Shown here piece after piece: positions 1-12,199 of a DNA stretch of 64,000 bases (position 1 is its first letter; every line of letters starts with the position of its first letter). The position numbers and the translations under genes were made by a program. The notes under the pieces are model-generated. The model was not told the DNA's origin, ran no database searches, and was given only the letters and a program-made list of their open reading frames with translations. The DNA is from Podarcis gaigeae (lineage: Eukaryota), in assembly GCA_964106915.2 (NCBI GenBank), contig OZ066917.1. One strand, written 5' to 3'.

Positions 1-289
1 TTAAGAGGCCAGGGGCCAGCGCTGTCCGGAGACACTTCTGGGTCACGTGGCCAGCGTGACATCGCTGCTCTGGCGAGCCAGAGCTGCACACAGAAACGCC
101 GTTTACCTTCCCGCTAGTAAGCGGTCCCTATTTATCTACTTGCACCCGGGGGTGCTTTCGAACTGCTAGGTTGGCAGGTGCTGGGACCGAGCAACGGGAG
201 CGCACCCCGCCGCGGGGATTCGAACCGCCGACCTTTCGATCGGCAAGCCCTAGGCGCTGAGGCTTTTACCCACAGCGCCACCCGCGTCC
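1..289 (-). mobile_element. Sauria SINE (lacertid POM/Squam1 type), 5' part; the 3' part runs off the window start
   Basis: Reverse complement begins GGACGCGGGTGGCGCTGTGGGTAAAA (A box) ... GGTTCGAATCCCCG (B box) ... GCCAACCTAGCAGTTCGAAAGCAC, the typical Sauria SINE body; CpGs are retained, so it is young. Confidence 0.9.
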
Positions 290-489
290 GGCAAGTCCCT
301 GCACACTGCGCTAAACCAGCGCGGCGCGGGGACTCGCTTCTGTGGCACTGGAAATTGTGTCTGCTCAGGCACAGATGCCGGAAATCGTGTCTACGCAGAT
401 GCCAGAAAACGTGGGGGCACGATCTGACCCACGGAGGGGGCTCCATGGCAGTGAACCTGCCCAGGCAAGGTAAGCCTTGCCGACCCCTG
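290..489. mobile_element. Terminal part of a non-autonomous hAT element interrupted by the Sauria SINE
   Basis: Ends in a hAT-like TIR CCTTGCCGACCCCTG (489), followed by ATCTAAAC. Confidence 0.55.
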
Positions 490-497
490 ATCTAAAC

Positions 498-1763
498 CAT
501 GGGTTGTCCACTGGTCCCTACTGCTCACTAGTGGGCGTTTCAGGATTCCAGGTGGGTGGTAGGGGATTCTACAGCACAAGCTGTATCCTTCCATTGAGAG
601 AGATGAACGTTCTGTTCATCTCTCTTGCACTCGGTGGTTAGCAGTAAGTGTGGGCGGGCACAAGTGCACAAACGCACATGAAAGCGCAAGCGAGTGTAGT
701 ACGCGGGAAGAGGAAGTGTGGTAGCCAAGTTTGAAATCCCCCCCCCCCCCTATTTGTGTCTTGCTTATGTTTCTGAGGCACCAAGTGGGTACATCCATAG
801 GCATAGGCTGCAGTAGAAAATATCCAGTGGCTCTGCCTGTGAATGTATCCACCTTGCTTGGTCTGTCAATGTATCCATCTTGTATGGCCTGGTATAAGGC
901 AGGCATGGCCAAACTCCGGCCCTCCATCAGTTTTGGGACTACAATTCCCATCATCCCTGTCCGCTGGTCCTGTTAGCTAGGGATGATGGGAGTTGTAGTC
1001 CCAAAACAGCTGGAGAGCCAAGTTTGGCCATGCTTGATATAAGGTAATCAAGAAAGTAACTGGCTCTGCCAAGTGGTGACATACGCCAAAAAAGGGAATA
1101 ATCTAAATGCAGGAGAGCGATTGGTGGGGCGATGTTATAATATGTTTGCAACAGAAGGGGAGGAGTGGGAGCTGATGCACGATGGCAGGGACAGGCAGAA
1201 GCGGAGCAGAGTACTTGTAAAATAGGAGAAAGAAGGAAAGGAAAAGTTATAGGCAGGGGAAGGATATAATTGTTGTTGACTAATAATAATAAGTGTGCTA
1301 ACTAACTCAGCCTTACTTCTGGGCATTGCCATACGGAAGGTAAAAGAAAAGAGTAAAAAAGGAGATGAAAAGGGAAAGGAAGAAAAAAATAGAAAAAAGG
1401 GAGAAAAATAGAAAAAAATTGAAAAAATAGAGGAGGAGAGAAAACTGGGACAGGCAGAAGCATAGTGTTTAGAGTGGTTCATGTTTTGGCAAGTTACGTT
1501 TTGTTATCTTATAAAATAAAAGAAAAGTAATTTCAATTTACTTTATTGTTTTCACATTGAACTTCATAAAGTTAAAAACATTATAAACATGCATAAAGTA
1601 GAAATAAAAAGATAAATTTAAGTACTTTAAAAAAACAACAACCCTCCTTTCTACTTGTGCTGAAAAAATTGAGCTACTGCAGCACTGGTGGGCGGTAAGG
1701 AAGTTTTACCATCAAGAAAGATGCATTAGTGGGTGGTAGGTATAAAAAGGTTGACTACCCCTG
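498..1763. mobile_element. Non-autonomous hAT (Charlie/Buster-like) element, 1266 bp, containing a nested MITE
   Basis: TIRs CATGGGTTGTCCA.. and ..GGTTGACTACCCCTG; identical 8-bp TSD ATCTAAAC at 490-497 and 1764-1771; subterminal GTGGGYGGTAG repeats. Confidence 0.75.
900..1036. mobile_element. Palindromic hAT MITE (about 137 bp squamate family)
   Basis: TIRs CAGGCATGGCCAAACT / AGTTTGGCCATGCTTG; internal ACTACAATTCCCATCATCCC / GGGATGATGGGAGTTGTAGT; TSD GTATAAGG / ATATAAGG. Confidence 0.85.
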
Positions 1764-2134
1764 ATCTAAACCTTAGGTGCTTTCTTTGTGTACAAACCAA
1801 GGGAAGAGGTTGCAGAGCACTTTGGGCGAGCTCTTCATTGTTTTGAAGGCTATTACTTGAGTCTTTTGATAACTTACCAAGAAGACTATAATGGAATACA
1901 TGCTGTGTATTCCATGCTGTGTCCAAGAATGTTTGAATAGGTCAGGGGTGGCATTTTGAGTGTGTTGCGACACACTGCTGAGTAGGGTATCTTTGATATA
2001 GAGAGGAAAAGCTTGTTGCTTAATCAGCAAAATTGGTGTGAGGTGGGTTAGAATGTAAATGCTTGAGAACCATTGAACTAGATGCAAGTTTTTGTTCCTG
2101 AAGGCAGCTTTAATCATAGAAACAAAGAATTGTA

Positions 2135-2262
2135 GCATTAGAATGGAGCATGAGGGTCATCTAGTCCAACCCCCTGCCATGCAGAATTTTTTCACCCAAC
2201 ATGGGGTTCGAACCCACGACCTTGAGATTAGGAATCCAATGCTCTACTGACTGAGCTATCCC
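2135..2262 (-). mobile_element. tRNA-Lys-derived SINE with CR1-like tail (Squam2-like)
   Basis: Reverse complement GGGATAGCTCAGTCAGTAGAGCAT..TAATCTCAAGGTCGTGGGTTCGAACCCC followed by GGTTGGACTAGATGACC (CR1-type 3' end). Confidence 0.7.
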
Positions 2263-3021
2263 AGCATGTATGCTGCTCAACTAGTCAAGTTGCTTCTTGA
2301 CCTTATTGTTGCCTAGTATCCATGTATAAAACAGTCTAGATTAGATAACACTATATTGTAAGCCAGTGGTTTTAGCACATCTGTAAGGGATCATTGGGTG
2401 AAATACCGGTAAATACTGCTATTTTGTGCTTTTGATTGCAGTCTGGGTAGTGGTAGATACATATTCCGCTTACTGAGGTTGTAGTATGCATGATGATGGA
2501 GCGAACAGATTCTTTGAAGGGGGTACCCAAGGGACGCTGCACATTCATTAGGCTTTGTTCATGCAATCTTCCTCTTTTGAAGAGAGACTTGCATATGCAG
2601 GCCTGTGTCTATAGCTCTTAAATTGCACGTTAGCATGTGTGTGTTTATGAATATATATGTGGGCAGAGACACACATGCACGTGCCCCTCCATCACCCATG
2701 CATTCTCTCTAGAAGAATCTTTTAAATACTTAACATCAGCTTTGTTTTGGAGTTCTGTATTGTCTGCTTTATTAATATTTGATTGGCTTTGCCTAAATCA
2801 TATTGAATATTGACACTGGATACAAAGTTGGAATATATCTTAGCAGAAAGGCTTGGCTCAGCCCTAATTATTACAGTGTGTTAAAACTATCTGTAGCATT
2901 TTGCAGATGTTGCTGCTTTCTTGTAATTTTTATTTATTTATGTGATTCCTAAATCTTGCAATTTACATGTATCTCTCTTTTGATTTGCTTGACTGGAACC
3001 TCTCCTACTGGATGACATCAG

Positions 3022-3108
3022 GTGAAACTAGTATCTTCTGTAGTCTGCCTTTGGGCTTTTTTATAATGAATAGCCTGTTAATGTTAATCGGAGCAAAGTA
3101 CATCTCAG
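3022..3108 (+). CDS. GK: Glycerol kinase penultimate 87-nt cassette exon (hydrophobic C-terminal segment)
   Basis: cag|GT GAA ACT AGT ATC TTC TGT AGT CTG CCT TTG GGC TTT ... TAC ATC TCA G|gttagt encodes [29 protein letters not shown], matching recalled mammalian [31 protein letters not shown]; phase 1-1; GK is syntenic with TAB3. Confidence 0.93.
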
Positions 3109-3838
3109 GTTAGTTTATTATTATTTGAACTAGCTTATTTTTACAAGGTTATCACTGCTAGTTTGTTTTCCTTTTGTTTTCAGTATTCTTGTTCTGTGTT
3201 GAATAAACAGTGGCACAAATAGCTACAGCTTCTCAAGACATTGATTTAAGATTCTCTGGAACCAATATTTTCTGTAGGACTTCTGCTGTCAGCCACACTG
3301 CCATGATTATTTTTTTAGCATGATTATAGGTTCTGATTTTCTACTTATTACAACAAAATTATGCATTCGAGTTATCCTTTGAAAGCTCAAAAGCTACATA
3401 ATTTATTTTAAGAAATCAGCGTTTGCAGATATTACGAGCAAATCTTTAGAACTTTCTGGGCCAGCAAATAAATGCTTAGGGTGAGCCAAACAGGCTGTTG
3501 TTCCAATTCAACTCTACAAAGCTGACCTGCTGATATTTCAAGCACACTGTTAAAGATTTTGTCTCCTAAAAGAGTGTGCAATTTTGTTGGTTGGTTGGCT
3601 AGTTGATTTTTAAATTTCCCTCAAACAAATTATATTGATGATCTAACTTAGTCATAAGATTAGGGTCTCACATTTGAAAAGATCATGGTGGTTCAATATT
3701 TTGATATAAACTTCCATTTCATTTGCAGCTTGTGGGGAATATTTGGTGGGCTAATTAGTCTAGATCACTACTGGAAAAAGTATACGCATGCAGCAAAACC
3801 ACTCCAAGTACTAGTCCTTTTTAGAGTGATGTAGCATG

Positions 3839-3977
3839 CAGGAATAGCCAACATTGTGCCTTCCAGATGTTGATGGATTACAATTCACATAATCCCTGAT
3901 GTCTGACCTTTATGGCTGGGGCTGATGGGAGTTAAAGTTCAACAAAATCTGGAGGGCACTACAGTGGCTGTACCATG
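3839..3977. mobile_element. Older copy of the palindromic hAT MITE
   Basis: CCTTCCAGATGTTG..TACAATTCACATAATCCC / GCTGATGGGAGTT..CAAAATCTGGAGGGCAC, degenerate. Confidence 0.65.
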
Positions 3978-4720
3978 CTGTAGAGAATAAAGTTAATTGT
4001 GCTTGTGTACATGCCTTAGTATGTTACTAATAGCAGAGGGAATTTCATGGATTGTGTACTTGCAGTAGATCTGACAGGTGAGTGTCATCTGCATGGGACT
4101 AGTGCAGTATGTTTCAGTGCACAATCTAAATTCTATGGATGGTGTCTTATTTTTTCAAGACAGTGAGCCCATTGCAATTTATATTATGAAGCCGTAATTC
4201 ACTTTAGAGTCGACCAGCGGTTTGTAGGTTTGTGGTAGATATGTGCAGTGTTCTTCCAATGATATAGAGAAAAACATTTGCAGAATATTAATACCTTTAT
4301 CAGTTCACCTTTAGCTGACTTGTGGGGCATGAATGGGCTTCCTATCCAGAATTTACCTACTATAGCTTAACTTAATCATTTCAATGAGACTTGTGCAGGA
4401 GAAGTTGCCACTGGATTTTTGCCTCTGAATATCAGACCCATCTTTTGTATTCTTTACTACAATCAAATCTTGAGGCTATGTTCCAAAAGATTTGACAGAG
4501 ACTGGACTAAGCCCTAATTGTTCTTTGTATTGTGTTTGCCTCTCTCTACAGAGGTGATACCCATATGAAGACTTTCCTCTTCTTTCTCTACACACACCCC
4601 CAAAAAAGAGAAAGAGAGAACTGCCTTTAGCTAAACCTCTCCTCAAAAAGTAATCATAAACATTGCAATTTTTTTTCAGCAAGAAGTATTAAACACCTGA
4701 CAATATGTTTTCTATTTAAG

Positions 4721-4734
4721 GTAATTGCAAATGA
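4721..4734 (+). CDS. GK: Glycerol kinase terminal coding exon (G-N-C-K-stop)
   Basis: tttctatttaag|GT AAT TGC AAA TGA is in phase with the 87-nt exon; following ATGGATTTCCAGGAG resembles the recalled start of the mammalian GK 3'UTR. Confidence 0.7.
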
Positions 4735-7425
4735 GGCTCCTTAATGGATTTCCAGGAGATTGCAGCATCCGAAGAGAATCTGGTGCTCTCTTCCAATGTC
4801 ATGGGATTGTTTTGACTTGCTTAATTGTCAAAATAACATGAATATATAGGAGAGGACTTGAACGTGGAATGAGGAACACACACAACATTGCTGCCCCATG
4901 TTCCCTACTTAAATGTACACTGGGATGCAAACCTTTCGTTAACTTCCTCCACCATAATCACCTGTTTTATACATTTCGACGTGGGAAATTGCCACAAAGA
5001 AAAGGGTTGTATTATTGTCAACTGTACGGTTCAAAAACTTGGTACAGTATGCACATCTGTAAAGTCATGATGGCTTTTTCCATTTCCTAGAAAATTGCCC
5101 ATAATGGTGTCTGCCAGTGCTATCTCTCTAGTGACCAATGGAGCAACGCCTGTCTGTATCGTCATCAGTTTAGACTCTTCCAATATTGAAGTGGTTAATG
5201 GTGCTTTTTCCTTACACTAAAACCTGAATAACTGATTTATTCTCTTCTGTTCATGTGCATTGTCCATCAGTAATGAGGACCCTAAATCCTGAAAGTGCCA
5301 CAAGTTAATTAACAAGATTATTTTTCCAAACGTGTATTTAAGATTTAAATATACTGTATGTGCTTTCACTTACACATTAGCAAGCCAGAGACCTAAGCAG
5401 CAAAGAAGCTCCACATGCAAAGTACTACGTTAAGGTGTAAAGATACAGATTAAATAGTTTTGGATGCACTTGTTATGTTTTCTTTGGGCAGCAGGTGCAG
5501 TCCAAATGAACCTTTCCATTGTTTGGATGTGTTGGAGCTGGTGGTGTAGGAATGGGAAAGTTCAGGACCAAAAGTCACCTCTTAGCATAGCCACATTCTG
5601 GACAGTGGCAATTTTGCGTCTTGGGTGCAAGTGTAAGTTTTTAGGCATGAAAGCAAAAGCACTAGTGCTAGCAAAAAACGTCAAAGCTAAACTGACACAT
5701 TTTCAAGTGATCCATTCTACAATCTTTGGAGGGAATTGTTTCTTTTCTTAAAAAAATATATCAGTAGAAACACCTGTCAGCTCACAACCTGGTTCCCTTT
5801 TCTGCCGTTACCATCATTGCCACCACCATCAGATTTTTCTCTGTATCCCTTTTGCTGAAATTGGAATGCTGTAAAGGAACAGAATAATGGAGTGGGAACT
5901 ATATTAGAAAAGGCAAGCAAGGACAAATAACCCCTTCAAATCTTGAATGTAACAGGGTTTCATCAAAGGTCACTCTGGTCCTCCCAGATATGTCCCCCAC
6001 ATTATCTTTTTTTTTCTGCTGCCAATGCTGCCTGTAGCTGGAAGGAGTTTTGATTTCCACATCTCCGAAATGAATTGGACATAAGAACGTGTTGGATCCA
6101 GTCTGCCTTGTCCTTTGAGATGCCTCAGATTGCTGGAATGTACCCAAAAATGGCAGCAAAAAGTAGCTCCTATGTGGATAAATGACATTGCTTACTCCCT
6201 GCTATAAAATCTCCTGCAAAAGATTATTTTTGGTAAATAAAGAGGGCTTGGTGTAATCTTAACATGGAATTGCCTGATTTGAAAGTTTGATGTGTATTTC
6301 TAAGTATGTGCACTTAGGAGCCAAAGGGAATGTGCATGCTCAAATGGTTTCCATGTGTGTCTCATGTGACTTTGTCTTCACTCTTACAGAATATTTGTGT
6401 TTGATCACTTGGGAAATAACATTAAGCATTGGAAATTCAAAGGATTTTAGGTCTTTATAGGACACTTAATATCAATGCCTTTTCATTAAGTGCAATGAAA
6501 ATCTAAAACAATGGTCTCTGAAGCTGCAGCACATACTGCACTTGGTGTAAATTCTAGAATACTCTTGACAACGTTGTCCCTTAAATGTAGATTGGGTTTT
6601 AAATGTTTCAGCATGTTGATAAATGTAATGACAAAAGCAATTTGGAATATTGGTTTGTGTCAGAACTTCTGTACATGTGAACTTGGTAGTAGGATATGTA
6701 AAACTCCACGTCTTAGCCTTATAACTTGCACAGGCACAGTGTAGCTTGGACCGTATTTGGCAAACCAAGGCTTTCCCCTGCTAGCACAGGGGACAGCCTT
6801 GTTCTCTTACAATGTATTCTGCTTATTTCCATGAGCTTAGCTTTCAGAGGAAAGTGGGAGGGGAGAGCTTGCAGGGGGCAGGTGTTTGGCAGGCTGAATA
6901 AACTGTATTTTTCCTAGGAAGCCAATGGAATGGACACAGACCTAGGGTGTTAAGTGTGTGATAACATTGGGTTTCAAAGAGTTAAGTGCCAAATACTAAC
7001 CCCTTTTTCCAAACAAATGATGAAACAGCAAACCATAAAAGAACCTGGAAATCACTTGTTTCTTGAGCTGCCTTCATATGTGTTTGGCTGATGCTTTGTT
7101 AGACAATGTGTGATGGGCAGTTTCAACTACAGTTTCTGGGGGGTATATAGGACATTAAATTATTTTTGTGAGATTATAATTACAGTAGCAATTTTATAAA
7201 ATGTACTTAATTCTTTTTTTCTACAAAACAGAATTAAATTAACTTCACTTTTTGTGAATGGATTCTTGTGATTTTTTCCCCCCTATATATTGTGACACCT
7301 TCAAATTTAAATGGGCACATGGAAATATGTAACAGCAACACTGGCTGGTTTTGCACTGCTGAGAATACATGTGACTTAAAATGACCTAAATCTTGTTTGC
7401 AATTATGTTTGCAATGGAAGCCACG

Positions 7426-7431
7426 AATAAA
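7426..7431 (+). terminator. GK: Probable GK distal polyadenylation signal
   Basis: AATAAA followed about 40 nt later by a GT-rich tract (TGTTTGTTTG/GGTT repeats); another AATAAA lies at 6897-6902. Confidence 0.55.
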
Positions 7432-7573
7432 TTTAAAATGAAATCTGATTCAAGTGTGTAAATGCTTTAATGTTTGTTTGTTTGTTGGTTGGTTGGTTGG
7501 TTGGTTGGTGGGAAACAAGCAAATTCTACTTCACAAAATCTCATCCTGGGATTCTGTTTTTCTTGCCTTAAAG

Positions 7574-7815
7574 CACGGGTAAGCAAATTAACGCCCATGG
7601 GCTGGATCTGGCCCAATCGTCTTCTAAATCCGGCCCACAGAATGTCATGTTTTTACATGAGTAGAATGTGTGCTTTTATTTAAAATGCATCTCTGGGTTA
7701 TTTGTGGGGCATAGGAATTCGTTCATTATTTTTTTCAAAATATAGTCTGGCCCCCCCTACAAGGTCTGAGGAACAGTGGACCGGCTCCCTGCTAAGAAAA
7801 GTTTGCTGACCCCTG
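7574..7815. mobile_element. Non-autonomous hAT (OposCharlie/OC1-like) element, 242 bp
   Basis: TIRs CACGGGTAAGCAAA / TTTGCTGACCCCTG; perfect 8-bp TSD CCTTAAAG at 7566-7573 and 7816-7823. Confidence 0.8.
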
Positions 7816-7981
7816 CCTTAAAGTAACATGGCATGTTAACTTGTAAATCAATTTTGTTTGTTTGTTTTCTTACCTAGCATTTCCAGAACTAAGATGGCAG
7901 CATATGATATGTACATCAGAGTGTAGTAGCCATTCACTCCCCGCCCCCTGGTATATGATATGTCTTGCATATCTAGTTCAA

Positions 7982-8071
7982 TAAGTTATAAATCAAAGAA
8001 TTATAGCAGCACCATTAACATATTTTTAAGTTATAAATCAAAGAATTATAGCAGCACCATTAACATATTTT
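7982..8071. repeat. Exact 45-bp tandem duplication
   Basis: TAAGTTATAAATCAAAGAATTATAGCAGCACCATTAACATATTTT occurs twice. Confidence 0.9.
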
Positions 8072-11000
8072 TAAAATAAGAAATATATTTGCTTGAATTG
8101 TTGCATTTCTATCTTAATAAGTTATTGGAACACTTCCAGTCAGTTACTGACTGGTGGTATTTAAAGTACAATCTTAATGTCTATTTTCTTGGGTGTAAGT
8201 TTTATTGTATCCAGTGGTAATTACTCCATATTAAGTGTCTTTTGTTGGTCAAGTATATAACCTATAAGTCTGGTTAAACCCCATGGAGCTCACCTCTGAG
8301 TAAACATGTGCGGGATTGTGCTGTTAAACTGTAAACCACTATAGTACTGGCAAGTGTGCAAGCTCTTCTCTATATTTTATTTGTTTCGCTTCTAAACCAC
8401 AACTCTTGAAATTCTCTTGAAATTGCACTTGAAATTCTCCACAGGGATAGTATCGTCACCTCAAAGTGAGGATTACAGACTTCAAAGAAATCGGCAAAAA
8501 ACAGTTAAAACTGAAAGGTTCGTGAAATGGTAGGAGATGGTTTCATGGGCAAAGGATAACTTAGCTGCTATATGCCCCTTGTCTTTTCAAAAGTGTCTGA
8601 CTGTTCCTGTTTTACAGCTGGGTAAGAACCTGCCTGAAGACTAGTGTATTTAAATAATAAGAAAACTTGAACATCACAAGCTTTTATGGAGATAGGAAAC
8701 AGATTCCCAGTCTTGACTGCTAGCTTGTTTTTTTGGCTTTTGTGCTACAAGCCTGTGGTGAGCAGGTGCATTTACTGATAAGACTCTATGGATTCTCTTT
8801 GTTTTGATTTATGACTCTTTGTTGAGGTGGTGGTAGTTTTCTTCCTACTTGGCCTGTACCAAACAGGGTTTAATAAAACTGCATATATGACTTAGTTTTC
8901 CAGAGTGGCGTGGGGAGTGGGGAACTAGAAAATTTGTCACGAAACCTTTCAAGCTATTAAGGAAATACTTTTGTTGTTAAAACTCCTATTTGATCAGCTG
9001 TGGAATTAGTCTTCTGAGGCTCACATAGCACATGTTGTTATTTGAACAAACTGTGTTTTGCACAAAATCATTTGCACAGATGTTTATTTCTAGTAGCTGC
9101 AACTGTGCTTTGCTTCCTTGATAGCATTTTCCAGTACTGCTTGAATTAGCCCTGAGTAAATGTCATAAGCAACTTTCTCTTTTCATGTAAATGAGCATGT
9201 GCACAAACTATTCCAGAATATAATGAGCCTTGGTTGCTCTGCAAGTTCTTTTTTTAATTTTGTTTTGAAAGACCCAACACATTATATTTTCTGCATGAAA
9301 GAATTGAGTTTTATAAGCAGCATTGTGTAAGCTGGAAATTACCAGATGTTTATAATTAAGATGAAAAAAACATTTATATTTTCCATGTAAAACCTAATTA
9401 AATGCCTTGCCATCAGAAGCTCTCTCACTATACTTCAGAAGCAGTGTATGAAATGTGATTCCCCTGACTGCTCTTCCAACACCCAGGCTTGTTTTTAGCT
9501 AAAAAGGGGCAGGTGTCTCATAAAATAATTAAAAATTGGTACATCACCATTTGGCTCAAAAAGAATAAAATACAATTGCCAACTGTTTAAACACATTAAG
9601 AATAAAATGCCAAGATTCAATTTCTCTTAGTGGCCAGTTCCAGTTTATTACAAATATACTCTTAAAAATGCTCAAAAATCAGCATAATGGGAGCAAGTAC
9701 CTTTAGCTGAGTTAGATAGCTCTTCAGTGTTTCATCTGGAAGATTCTACTTTTTTTAAAAAAAGAAGAAGACCTGCTTCTGTTGGAGTAATAGTGTTTGG
9801 TACTTTTAAAAACAAGTTTTTATCTTTTCAACTCTGCTGTATTAGAGAACCCTAGATCTCAAGCCTTCGTCTATTCATAATAGTAACTGGTTATTCTCCC
9901 CCCCCCCTTTCCTGTCCCCTGTCGCCCCCTCCACCCCTAAGCTATTTCATAAAAACAATTGCTCATATTAAATTCAGGTCTGCATCCGTTCAAAAGCAGC
10001 TAGAGGAAATATGAAAATGAAGTAGGGAGAAAGAAAATGGAGCATGGTTAGATGGAAGCTTGTAATAATGCCTTATTCTATGCTGCTTTCTACTTGCTAA
10101 AACTTCTGCACACACCTGAATTCTCTGGGAATGGTATTGTTACATGCCACCACAAGCAGCGCACAATTCCAGGTATCCAGGTGCTTACCCATGGTTCATG
10201 TTTCCTTTGGAAATGAGGCACAGTGGTGTCTTTATGATACATGGTTTATTTACACATATATACAATCTGAGCCTATGATTGAGGGGTTCAAAGCATTACA
10301 CTCCAATAGGTTCTTGCTTCTCCTAAGGTGGTAGCCCAGGATTCAAACTCTCAGCCCACATTGTGCCCTGACCTCATATTGTCGCTGCAGACTGAAACCT
10401 CTTTTCCCTAGCTCACATCAGGCGGAAATATAATCCTAAACCTATTACTACTGGCCTTTGTCACTGCTAACTAACACAGAGCTCAGGAAGGGGTGAATCT
10501 CACAGTGAGATCAAGTTAATTAAGAATGCTTAACTTTGGCTGAAGTGCATTCACAAATAGTTTCTTAGAAATATGGACATGTAAAGGTTTATTCTTGAGA
10601 CACAGATATGGCTGGATTCTATATCTCAACAGAAAAAAACATTATTATTCTAAGCAGATTCTATATTTGTTCTTAGGAATCATTTTAAACACTGCAGAAC
10701 TGCAAAAAATGTGACTCCCAAAACCAGAAGAAAGTTCTAATTGCATGTATTTATCAAATTACCAAGTAATTGTACTGCTGCATGAGTTTTAATTAAAATA
10801 CATTTCTCTGCATAAAAATATAAAGGATTAAGTGGGACCTTATAATTAAATCTCTATGGAGTAATTGTAATAGAAAATGCTAATGTTTAACTTGCATTAA
10901 TTGTTTAATACAGCTTGGCCTCACCTTCTTGGCAAAGTTAGTTGATGGAGAAGGAACATTATTTAGGAGTGGCATAAAGAAAAATAATGCTGCAACTGAA

Positions 11001-12199
11001 GCTTCTTTCTGAAGGAATAGCTATTATTCATTCACTTCATACTGAGCAACTGATTAACAAAATATATTACCCCTGTTTTGAGAGAAATGAAGGTAATGTG
11101 CTCTCAGCAGTAGGCAGCAGCTGTACTGTAATAATAATAAACTTGAACATGGTGATATCATTGACTGCAAGTTATTTACAGATGTGATGAAATGAATTAT
11201 TGTAGAGAACTGAAACTTGACAAATCCTCTGCATTTCTGAATTAAACAAATGTGGGTATGAGATGTGAAATTCAAGGGAGAGGAAGGAAAGAAGGCAAGG
11301 TACAACTGGTGGTCCATAGTAAACCAGTGCTCTGACTTTCAAGCAAATGGATCTATATAATCAGTCTACACGTTAGAAAATTTATTAGCTTTATTGCATT
11401 TATGGAAGGTCACCACATATGCTGCCAGCTGAGTCATAAGATGTTTATCCACCATGAGTGGCCGTAGAAGCCAGTTAAATTGTCTGTCAAATTCCAAAGG
11501 ACTTGGAACACAATTTAATACAACATTAACGTCTGCAAATTTCAAGGTGTCCTAAACCATATTTATGTCACTGATGAGCTCTGAACAAAAGATTGTGACT
11601 TTAAAACAGGACCAAATCATTTGACAGAGCATAAATGACAGTGCTAGTGAGCCTTTTCTTAGGAAGACATCATGGAGACCAATAAGCTTCAGAGCCAAAG
11701 TGTATTGACTGCCTTTCAGTTCAGGCATCCTGGGCAGGTTCCATTTTCATTTACAGATTATGTGTGTCCTTACTGATGCAGAATAATAAATGAGTCAGCA
11801 CTGTATATCCTCACTGCTAAAAATACATTCAAAGTTACCCATCTGACCTCATTTCAGGTGGTGTTTTGGAGGAGGGGGAAAGTCAAGCCAAATCTGCTAA
11901 TCTGCTTCTATAACGCTACTAAGGAAAATGAAACTTGGTCAATGAAGAAAACAAATCAAATATATTGGCCAATCACGAAATGATGCCATGACAAGAATTC
12001 AAACAATAAGACTGGATAAAAACACCTAATGTACAAATAATCTCAGTAATTGCAGGACTAAACCATTCTTGGGTCATATGTGTGGAAGGAAGGCATTTGA
12101 ATAAACGGTTTCTGAAATCAATTTTTACACATAGGATGTGACGGTTCTCCTTAACGTTGGGTTGTATTTTTTAAATTTTTGCTTGGTAACCTTATGAGG

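Noticed and set aside
1135-1482. 115-aa Phe/Ser-rich minus-strand ORF
   Set aside because: Translation of a low-complexity purine tract inside the hAT element.
2190-2262. tRNA-Lys gene
   Set aside because: Degenerate anticodon arm and fused to a CR1-like tail, so it is a SINE head.
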